Part shown: positions 40,795 through 50,713 of the stretch, one piece after another
Layout: each line of letters begins with the position of its first letter
Position numbering within the stretch: the stretch's first letter is position 1
DNA from: Felis catus
Lineage: Eukaryota
Direction: 5' to 3'
DNA length: 64,000 nt
Assembly (NCBI RefSeq): GCF_018350175.1
Contig: NC_058382.1
Coordinates: 56,732,001 to 56,796,000 of the forward strand
Position numbers and translations under genes: made by a program
The notes under the pieces: generated by a model
Database searches by the model: none
The model's input: the letters and a program-made list of their open reading frames with translations, nothing else
What the model was told of the DNA's origin: nothing

Positions 40795-41015
40795 GGGGTG
40801 CCTGGGTGGCGCAGTCAGTTGAGCCTCCGACTTCAGCCAGGTCACGATCTCGCGGTCCGGGAGTTCGAGCCCCGCGTCAGGCTCTGGGCTGATGGCTCAG
40901 AGCCTGGAGCCTGTTTCCGATTCTGTGTCTCCCTCTCTCTCTGCCCCTCCCCCGTTCATGCTCTGTCTCTCTCTGTCCCAAAAATAAATAAACGTTGAAA
41001 AAAAAATTTTTTTTT
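40795..41015 (+). mobile_element. Young SINEC_Fc CAN-SINE inside an MLT-like fragment
   Basis: TSD aaaggctctcca at 40783-40794 and 41016-41027. Confidence 0.95.
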
Positions 41016-42681
41016 AAAGGCTCTCCAGAAGATTCTACTGCATGGTAATGGCAGCCATCTGGTGAGCACTTTATGCCAGCCTCTGTGCTTGGCACTGTAT
41101 GTTAACACTCTGGAAGTGGTATCATTCTCCCCATTTTACAGGTGAGGAAACTGAGCAAAAGCAAGTTGAGACTCTCGACTGGATTGCTCAGCTGCTAACT
41201 GGTGCGGTCAATTCCTAAGTGCTTGGCAGTCAGGTCCCTGCCTTCTTGGCGTTTCAGTGCAGTGAAGGGTGAGCAGCGGCCAATGAGCAGGAATGAGAGT
41301 GGAGAGTGGTGGAAACTCCCAAGATGGCGGCCCGACCGCGAGGGGCACTGTGGCGCTGCATCCACTCGCCAGCTCGTGGCTTTTGTCCAAAGCTTTCCCT
41401 GGACCATGACCGTGAGTGAGCTGAGAGCGAGCTCTTGGCACAGTTGGGCCATGCACGAAAGCGCTCTGTATCTTTTGTCAAAGATTCTGGGTTTCCCAGA
41501 TCTGTGGATTGGATTCCACCTCCTTCACAAGAAGTTCAGAATGCACTACCACAAGAAAGTCATGTTATGGATGGAGTCGAGCTCCACATTCAAGCTCAAA
41601 GACCAAAAGTCTTGCAAGGGCATCAAGCATCCGACGAAGGGAAAGATTTTTGAGACTCGTACTACCTACCCATTACATAAAGTCAATAAAAGTGAAAGAA
41701 AAAGAAAGAGAGGTAGAAATGTCAACATTGAGAGAAAGCGGGATGCCACGGGAAGAAATCCAGTTGGGACAAAGGGTAAAGAGAAATGTGGGGATGTGTT
41801 CAAGACAACCCAGGAGAATGACAGGGTGCCGTGTGGGTTAATGGCAAAACCTTTCTCCATGTATCTTTTATCTGTTGATTTCCCCCACAGCTACCATTAT
41901 GCTTGTTATTAGCGATAAATGTTCCGTTAAATGCATGGTCGTATGAGTGTCGCCATAAAACATCAAAGGTCTGGTGATTGATTATGTGCCATATTTAATG
42001 ACATGGCTTGATTCTTGTTTTTTCCGAAATGAAATGTTTGGTTTTTAAAATAGTGTGATGTGTGAACCTGGCCTGTGTCTGTGGAGATACGCCCAAGGTT
42101 TTTTTCTTGTAGACATAACATCTTCCTTTTGTTCTTGGGAATATCTATTCACTGGTAGCTAGTTGACATCCAGGGGAAGATAACAAGTGCAGGACTGCAG
42201 AATGCAAACCAAGAGAGCAGCCTGACTCTCTTAGATATGTCGTACAGATCAAATAGCTGAAAATAAAATCAGAGAAGCCAATTTAATGTTCCCGGTTTTG
42301 ACACAGTACATTTCTTGGTCAAAATAAAATCCTATCTCCTTGAGCTAGAGCTCCCCAAAGTATAAGCCATTGCCCGAGAATAAATGACTCTGGTTTGGAA
42401 ATGCCACCGATATGCTCAGACCTTTGAGATATAATTTAGTTCAGGGCAACAGTAATATATCATCATTAACAATAATGAAAGTAAATCGCCCACCTTGTTT
42501 GCTGCGTACTAGCTAGGTGGTGGGGTCAAAAGCATGGTCCTTGCCCTTGAAAACTTTGTCATCCACTTAGGGAGATAGTAAATGGCCATTCAGAATAAAA
42601 CCAAACAGGAAACATAGCCTTCATATTAGTCAGGGTAGGCTAAGCTCCTCGGTGAACTTCCCTTAAAGCTAAAGAATGCTT

Positions 42682-42865
42682 GGGGAGCCTGGGTGGCTGT
42701 GTCCGTTGAGCATCACACTTTGGCTCAGGTCATGATCTCCCAGTTCGTGAGCTTGAGCCCCACATCGGGCTCTGCTTGGTATTCTCTCCCTCCCTCTATC
42801 TCTGCCCCTCCCCCACTTGCATATGTGCGCACTGTCTCTTAAAAAATAAATAAGTAGAAACTAGA
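42682..42865 (+). mobile_element. CAN-SINE (older, internally deleted)
   Basis: ggggagcctgggtggct head; TSD aaagcta(a/c)aga(a/g)tgctt. Confidence 0.88.
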
Positions 42866-43284
42866 AAAGCTACAGAGTGCTTTGTTTTTGGAGATCCAGG
42901 CCTCTTCCTTTCTGGGAAACGGAAAACGTGGAGGATTACGTGGGAGGTTTGGGGGCCGCACCGGGGTCACTTATGCCCGTGTTCCATTGGCCAGGCTCAG
43001 TCCCCCTAGTTCATCTAGCTGGATGCCCTGGAATCAAAAGAACTAGGATTTGGTGAACCGGCAGCATTGGCTTACCACAGGTCCCTTTGGGTGCAGGCCA
43101 CCGAAACCGATGCTGGCTGGCTATGGGGTCGAAAAGACTTCTCCTGAGCAAATCCTGGAGTGTGTTCCAGAATCGAGGGAGAAGTCAGAGCCAGAAGGCT
43201 GTACGATCCCAGGTCTCAGCAGTGCAGCTCCTGTCCTTCTGGGTAGAGCAGCACCTTCAGCCTAACTCAGGCTGAAAGGCTTGC

Positions 43285-43288
43285 TTTC

Positions 43289-43353
<65 letters not shown>

Positions 43354-43576
43354 TTAAATTTATTTGTTTATTTTGAGAGAGAGAGAGAGAGAGAGAGAAA
43401 GCATGAACAGAGGAGAAGCAGAGAGAGTGGGGGGGGGGGGTAGAGAAAATCCCAAGCAGGTTCCATGCTGTCAGCGCAGGGCCTGATGAGGGGCTCAGAC
43501 TCATGGACCATGAGATCGTGACCTAAGCTGAAACCAAGAATTGGCTGCTTGACTGACTGGGCTACCCAGGTGCCCC
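43285..43576 (-). mobile_element. CAN-SINE whose tail became a (TTTC)n microsatellite
   Basis: (TTTC)n at about 43290-43352; reverse head ...cccaggtgcccc. Confidence 0.9.
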
Positions 43577-44338
43577 CTAAAAGGCTCTTTCTACTGGAGT
43601 TGACCACACTGGTGTCCCCAGTGAGCCCTAAAAGAGCCGGGAGACATAAACACAAGCATCAGGTGAGATCCTCGTCCTGAGAGACAGCAGCTTGGTCTTG
43701 AGAGGACAGTGAGGCTTCCCTCCCCCGTGTTCAGTTCACCCACCAAGAGAAGGAACAGCTGGACCGCTGAAGGTCCCCCAGAGGCAGGGTGCCTTCCTCA
43801 TGGGCAGAGAGGAGTACCATGGTGGAAGGGTCCTCCCAAGACATTCAAGAAGGCAAAATCCTTCTCCTGAGCCTGGGAGTAACGTGGAGAGAGGAAAGTG
43901 AAGGAGGCAAACATTGACACGCGGCCACGGGGACCTATTTCTCTGCATCAGCCGTCCTTCCCGGCGAATGGGGCAGCCGTGGGCTGCTTAGGAGTCCTTT
44001 CCAGGAGCAAGGGCGAGTGATGGCCAAGACGTACAGAAATGAGCGCACGTACGTGTATTTCACTTAAGAGTTACCACAGGAGCTAGGGATTTATGGAAGG
44101 CTTCCTGGAGAAGGCTCAGCTGGCGTGGGAGGGACGTCAGAGCTGAGTGGATACTATTTGTGTAAGAGCCAAGGGATTCAGGTGCCACTATCTTCTCAGT
44201 CTTTGCGCTTTCAAAGGAGGTTGCTTCGTTATTGTTAATGTTGTCATTTGCAAAAACAGTAATGTTTATCACAGAAGAAAAAACACATCCCCAAATACTG
44301 ATAGCCCGGTAGACTTGTTATCTTAAGAGTTGCTTTTA

Positions 44339-44569
44339 GGGGCGCCTGGGTGGCGCAGTCGGTTAAGCGTCCGACTTCAGCCAGGTCACAATCTCGCGGT
44401 CTGTGAGTTCGAGCCCCGCGTCAGGCTCTGGGCTGATGCCTCAGAACCTGGAGCCTGTTTCCGATTCAGTGTCTCCCTCTCTCTCTGCCCCTCCCCCGTT
44501 CATGCTCTGTCTCTCTCTGTCCCAAAAAAAATAAATAAACGTTGAAAAAAAAATTTATTAAAAAAAAAA
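44339..44569 (+). mobile_element. Young SINEC_Fc CAN-SINE
   Basis: Perfect TSD aagagttgctttta at 44325-44338 and 44570-44583. Confidence 0.96.
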
Positions 44570-44595
44570 AAGAGTTGCTTTTAAAGAAGAAAATT

Positions 44596-44818
44596 GGGGG
44601 GGGCAGCACTTGGGGGACTCAGTTGGTTAAGCGTCTGACTTCAGATCAGGTCACGATCTCATGGTTTGTGAGTTCAAGCCCTGCATCGGGCTCTGCGCTG
44701 ACAGTGTGGAGCCTGCTTGGGATTTCCTCTCCCACTCTCTCTTCCCTTCCCCCCCACTTGTGCTCCCTCACTTGCTCTCTCTCAAAAGAAATAAATAAAC
44801 TTAAAAAAATTTTTTAAA
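44596..44818 (+). mobile_element. CAN-SINE
   Basis: actcagttggttaagcgtctgacttcag head; AATAAA tail. Confidence 0.9.
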
Positions 44819-45004
44819 AAGAAAACTTGGAAACAACTGGATGGGTAACCATCCTGTAAGGAGGGGTTGCATGAATGATGGTAGCTGTTCTACAGGAGAT
44901 GATAACAAGAATAGATCAATAATCACTAAGGGTGGGAGTGATAGGGCATGACAGCTTGCACAGCTGTGTCATTGGTATCATTTATTTAAATATGTGTGCA
45001 TATA

Positions 45005-45218
45005 GGGGTGCCTGGGTGGCTCTGTCGGTTGAGCAACCGACTTCAGCTCAGGTCATGATCTCGCATTTCGTGGGTTCGAGCCCCACGTCAGGCTCTGTGC
45101 TGATGGCTCAGAACCTGAGCCTGCTTCAGATTCTGTGTCTCCCTCTCTCTCTGCCCTTCCCCTGCTCACACTCTGCCTCTCTCTCTCAAAAAAAATGTTA
45201 AAAATTTAAAAAAAAAAT
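45005..45218 (+). mobile_element. CAN-SINE
   Basis: ggggtgcctgggtggctc head; TSD ata(t/c)gtgtg(c/a)atata. Confidence 0.92.
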
Positions 45219-45741
45219 ACGTGTGAATATAAAGTGCGTGTGTGCCCACACGCATGCATTTGTGTGATGTGGGGGGAAAGGAAGGAGACCACAGACCAGT
45301 AATGACAGTCACCTCTCGGCGGTGGGGTTGGGGAGGGGTGGAGGAGAGCCCTCACTTTCCACTCCAGAAACGACTGTATTGTTTCCAGTTTCCTTACAGT
45401 AACTGGATATTCCTCCAAAAATAAAAACACGTTTTAAAAGTAGCCTTGAGTTTGCCAGAAAATTGAGACTTTGGGAACATCACATCCCAAGCCTTGCAAT
45501 TTATCTCCTTAATTGTCTAATTGATTTCCTACTGAGTTGGTCAATCTATTTCTCATTGCAGTCATAAACTTTTATTTACTTCAGGAGACAGGAATTGGCC
45601 GGTTCACTTTTTTCCATCATTTATAAAATTTGTTAGATTACAAGAGAGTTAAAGCCAGTGTGTCCATCCCTTTGAACTGTCATGAGAATTTGTACATGTC
45701 TGTGCTCAGCCTTGACTCCATTTTCTCACAGTTCTACAGAA

Positions 45742-45872
45742 TATGCCTGCCCTTGACCCTGAACTTCTCTAGAACTATGCCTGCCCTTGACCCTGAACTT
45801 CTCTAGAACTATGCCTGCCCTTGACCCTGAACTTCTCTAGAACTATGCCTGCCCTTGACCCTGAACTTCTCT
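45742..45872. repeat. 34-bp minisatellite, about 3.9 perfect copies
   Basis: Unit tatgcctgcccttgaccctgaacttctctagaac starting at 45742, 45776, 45810 and 45844. Confidence 0.97.
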
Positions 45873-45931
45873 CAGTTCCTTGAAGAAAGGGACTCTATTT
45901 TCCCATCCCTGTATCCCCAGCACAATATTTA

Positions 45932-46131
45932 AAATTTTTTTAATGTTTATTTATTTTTGAGACAGAGAGACACAGAGCATGAACAGGGGAGGGGCAGAGA
46001 GAGAGAGGGAGACACAGAATCCGAAGCAGGCTCCAGGCTCCGAGCCCACGCGGGGCTCGAACTCACAAACCATGAGATCATGACCTGAGCCGAAGTCGGA
46101 CGCTCAACCAACTGAGTCACCCAGGCACCCC
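45932..46131 (-). mobile_element. CAN-SINE with an internal deletion of about 15 nt
   Basis: Perfect 18-bp TSD tccccagcacaatattta at 45914-45931 and 46132-46149; lacks the tgtcagcacagagc segment between GAGC microhomologies. Confidence 0.93.
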
Positions 46132-47198
46132 TCCCCAGCACAATATTTAGACTAGAAGTTTAATAACTTCCAGTTAAATGGACACAAAGACTAATGAAGG
46201 AAAAAATTAGAATAACTGTCTCTGGTCCAAAAAAAAAAAAAAAGCTTCTGTGGAGGGAAAAATGTTAAAAGGAAAAATAACGTATTCAAGAAATGATTGC
46301 AGTGCTGTTATGAACAGCCTATTGTGATCCCCTAGCATGATACAATAGCTCTCACACTTTCTTGCAAATAACCAGATAATTGATCACAGTGTTAGTTGCA
46401 GTATTAGTCAAAACTCCCTTGTTGCTACTCATGGAACATTTAATTTAGATGTCTTAGGGAAAGGAGAAATTTATTAGCTCATAGAACTCACAAAATATGA
46501 GGGGAAAATTCTGGCTTCAAGGATGATTATTAAATGACTCGAGTAAGGCTGAAGAAACTCCATCTCTGTGGTATCTCAGCTCTGTGGTGTCTTCTCCCTC
46601 GGGCTGACTTTCTCTGTGTGGTTGCAACAGATTTATGTCCCACCCCCTCCCAGGAAACAGAAAGAGGACTTCTTTTACCTAAGAGCGCTAAAGGAAGTAG
46701 GTGCTACAATTGCGGTTCAATCCTAGTGGCCTAACTTGGGTTATGCGCGCATCACAAGGTCATGGGAGCGGGAGACCCCCCGACTGTCCAGGCCCGAGCC
46801 ACGCGACCATCCCTCGATCATGGCTAGAGTCAGCCCTACCTGAACTCCACCTGCGCGGAGAGTGAGGAAGGGGGGACGCCCCCAAGAGGAATCATAGCAT
46901 AGGTCCGAGGGTAAGAGGAAATGGACACTGGGAAGCCAAAGCAGCACGCAGCCGCTACCATTGTTGTGCGTGTCCATGGTAACCCACGCCGTATGTTGGA
47001 GCCGGGCAATGCTGTGAGGAATTCACAGCCCCGTTAGATAGGAGCCATCACAGAACCACGCTCGGCCCCTACTTTGCTTCAAGCAGCAAAATCAGCTGTT
47101 GTTTAGGGACAAACCATGCCCGGGATCATACATGTTTTGGTAGCACTGATAGGAAAATTGATTAGATCTTCTAGGCAAGCAGCAGTGAATTATGAATC

Positions 47199-47500
47199 CA
47201 GGTGCCCCTTGAACAACACCGGTCTGTACTGGGTGGATAATATGTGGATTTCTCTCCTTCAGTACAATACAATTCTCTACATGCGTTTTCTCTTCCTTGT
47301 GATTTTCTTTTGTCTAGCTGGCTTTCTTGTAAGAATACTGTGTATAATATGTATCTAACGTACAAAACCTGCGTTAACTTATTATGTTATCAGAGGAGGC
47401 TCTTAGCAGTTCGCTTCTGGGGAGTCAAAAGTTATACGTAGATTTTCAGCAGCATGAGGGTTCAGCACCCCTAACCCATGCGTCGTTCAAGGGTTAACTA
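47199..47500. mobile_element. Tigger2a/MER8-like TcMar-Tigger element
   Basis: Terminal inverted repeats caggtgccccttgaacaacac ... gcgtcgttcaagggttaact. Confidence 0.78.
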
Positions 47501-47616
47501 TGAAGAGCCTTAAAATGTTTATACTCTGACTCAGTGTTTATACTCTGACTCAGTGATTCAAAACAAAAAATAGTCAAAATATATCAAACGCTTCTTGAAT
47601 AAAGATGTTCGTTGTA

Positions 47617-47779
47617 GGGGCACTTGGGTGGCTCAGTCGGTTAAGTGTCCAACTCTTGAGTTTGGCTCAGGTCATGATCTCACAGTTCGTGAGTTAAAGC
47701 CCAGCATCGGGCTCTGTGCTGACAGTGCAGAGCCTGCTTGGGATTCTTTCTCTCCCTCTCTCTGCCCCTCCCCGTTCAT

Positions 47780-47834
<55 letters not shown>

Positions 47835-47868
47835 ATAAATAAATAAAACTGAAAAAAATACTTTTAAC
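47617..47868 (+). mobile_element. CAN-SINE
   Basis: Long (CT)n; TSD aaag(a/g)tgttcgttg. Confidence 0.92.
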
Positions 47869-49996
47869 AAAGGTGTTCGTTGCAGTGTAATTTGAAATTG
47901 TCAGAAATGTTTACAGACTAGAAATAACCTAAAGTCCTAATGATAGAAGATGATGAAGTAAATTATATATTATGCGTATCATTATATTTTATGCAACCCT
48001 TAAAACGATGTCAAGGAATGATACTGGTAAGTGGTATTACGTGGGGAAAAGGACTAAGTTTGCCACAGTCTCGTCAATATTCAAAAATACTCAAATTTCT
48101 TATTTTTATGGTGCAATGCTTCCAAAATCATGCAACATTTTATTAGAAAAGTAAAAATGTTGTACAAGTAATTAGACCCGGCGAGTGGCTACTGTTTGCC
48201 CAGAGGCGCTCAGGAAAGATTTTGAAAATGGGCCAATTGATTGGCTTCATATGGTCCAAGCTGCAGAACTTACGGCAAATAGTAAGCCCAGTCTAACTTG
48301 TGGGCGATGATAAGGAGAAAGTCACTTACATGAAGCTGACGATTTCCCAGCTTCCAGCTGGAGTGGAGACGGAACTGATCTGGGCACAACCAGAATCCCC
48401 TCGATCTGGATTTGGTGTCAAAGTCCGTGTGCCCTCGGCAGGTAGAGAACTGTGAGGACTTCCACCCTCCTGAAGCTCATTTCACAATATACACATGTAT
48501 CAAATCATCATAAGTATACCTCAAACTTACACAATGTTATATGTCAACCGTATTTCAGTAAAGATGGGTGGGCGGAGGGGAACATTGTGAATAATCCTGT
48601 CCAAGGAGTGTATTAGCCCCCCGCTCGTTCTCTCAAATCTAAGAATTTTGAGCTTTCCAAAGCATACAACAGAACTCCTGCTCCTTAAGTTAGTAGCTCA
48701 GAGGCTCTTAGTTAAGAAACAACCAATTAAAGATGCCCTAGGGAGCCAGCGCCTTTTAAAAATACTGGAAAGTTTTGGGGACAGCTAGCATTGAGTTATT
48801 AAAATACACATTGTAAACTTCTGGCTTTGGAAGGAAATTCTAGATCCCTGCTGTGTTTTTGGTTTTTGCTTCCCACGGTGTTTCTTAATTCTTAGTTCGT
48901 ATGAGCAATTGCCTTTGCAGCCATTGTACCGACAGGACTATTGACGCCTGGCAGGACCTTTTGTTTTTGTTATTGACGCTGATGCAACTTGAACTCTGTG
49001 AGTAATTAAGCAAACACTCCAAAATGGTTTAAGCAAATAAGGAAAATTAATGCCGCAATTAGCTAAAAAGTCCACAGGCAAGACTGGCTCCGGGCCTGCC
49101 ACGATGAAGTGATCAAATACAATCCCTGGGAAACATTTCTTTTCTTCCAGGGTTCAAGTCTGGTTCTATCAGTAGCTTGGCTTCTTTCTCAGATGGACTT
49201 CCCCACCCCAGCCAGCTATGGTCCTGAGGTAGCTCGTCTAGCTCCCAGGCTAAAGGCTTCCAGACTCATTACCACAGAGACACAGAGCTTCTGTCTCCCA
49301 AATGTCAAACACGGACGAGTCACCGTGTGCCCTTGGGATGGCATACGCTTGGTTGCTCGTTCCAATCCGGGCTCATCCCAAAAGCTGGCCAGGTGGACGG
49401 TGGGGAAAGGCAACCCAACCCCAACCACATGGGCAAAGAAGAAGTGATGGGTGGGTCCGCTGAGGAAATGTGGGGTGCTGCCTTACCAGAAGAATGGGGT
49501 GCTCTTGACCCAGGCAAGCAAATCCATCCCAGAGGCAATTTAAAGGCAGGGACTGGCGTTTCCCAACCACTGCCCCCCTCATCTTGGGGTCAGGGCCACT
49601 TGGTTAGCTGTTCTGTTTAAACATGGTAGCAGGAAAGCCGTCCAATATTCAAATGGAAGCTTATGTGCATTCAGGGAGGCCATGGTACAATATTGCTTGT
49701 GTTGCACTTATCAGATCATGGATTAAAAGGCATTTTCCAAACTTAACGGAGCGTGAAAGACAAAAATGACTACAAATGACGCAAAAGAAAGGTGGTGCAA
49801 GTGACTCTACTCAACTCAGTTGGGATTTTTTGTCACCTGTAAAATGGGAACCTTAAATGCGCCTCAACACACTTGCTGGCAAGATTAAGTACAAAACCCA
49901 GTACCCAACGCCTGGCTGTCAGGTCGTTCAGTCACTCTGAGTTCCGACGGCCTCCGTCTTAGCCCGAGTCCCCGCATCAAACTTAGCCTCCTTTCC

Positions 49997-50246
49997 GGGG
50001 CGCCTGGGTGGCGCAGTCGGTTAAGCATCCGACTTCAGCTCAGGTCACGATCTCGCGGTCCGTGAGTTCGAGCCCCGCGTCGGGCTCTGGGCTGATGGCT
50101 CGGAGCCTGGAGGCTCTGGGCTGATGGCTCGGAGCCTGGAGCCTGTTTCCGATTCTGTGTCTCCCTCTCTCTCTGCCCCTCCCCCGTTCATGTTCTGTCT
50201 CTCTCTGTCCCAAAAATAAATAAACGTTGAAAAAAAAATTAAAAAA
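49997..50246 (+). mobile_element. Young SINEC_Fc CAN-SINE with an internal 29-bp tandem duplication
   Basis: Perfect 18-bp TSD aaacttagcctcctttcc at 49979-49996 and 50247-50264. Confidence 0.96.
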
Positions 50247-50572
50247 AAACTTAGCCTCCTTTCCAGATCAGCTGGATGAGGCCACGATGAAATTAGATAC
50301 ACAGGTGTAAACATCAAACATGCATTGCATACCCAAAGCCCAGAAGCGAAACGGTGTGGAATATATCAAACGTCCCTTTAGATAAGGACAGAACATAGAT
50401 TCCACCCCCACGACCATGTGCAGTCTGTGAATCGGGACTGTCTCGTATTAGAGAGATTCCAAAGGTATAGTCATACGAATGGGTGAGATCTGTGGGTGTA
50501 AGGGGGAGGCCGAGGAAGGACACGGGGGCAGCCTAAACCTTACACCACCTTGTCTGTGGTTTTCCTCTACAG

Positions 50573-50713
50573 ACTCTGGAAAACCCCAAGTATGAATTGA
50601 TCATCGAGGCTCAAGACATGGCCGGACTGGATGTCGGATTAACAGGCACGGCCACAGCCACCATCATGATCGATGACAAGAACGATCACCCCCCAAAGTT
50701 CACCAAGAAAGAG
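50573..50713 (+). CDS. CDH13: Internal coding exon of cadherin-13 (T-cadherin), probably exon 8; 47 aa covering the end of EC2 and the EC2-EC3 Ca2+-binding linker
   Basis: Acceptor tttcctctacAG (AG 50571-50572) and donor GAG|GTaagc (GT 50714-50715). The 141 nt translate to [47 protein letters not shown], with cadherin AxDxG-like and DxNDxxPxF motifs, matching mammalian CDH13 as I recall it. Confidence 0.96.

Larger units (their letters stand above)
1..50572 (+). other. CDH13: CDH13 intron upstream of the exon (partial, probably intron 7)
   Basis: No other cadherin exon recognised. Repeat-rich non-coding DNA ending in a polypyrimidine tract plus AG; CDH13 is known for very long introns. Confidence 0.85.

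Noticed and set aside
45742..45872. CRISPR-like array (34-bp repeats)
   Set aside because: The units are contiguous with no spacers, and the DNA is mammalian.
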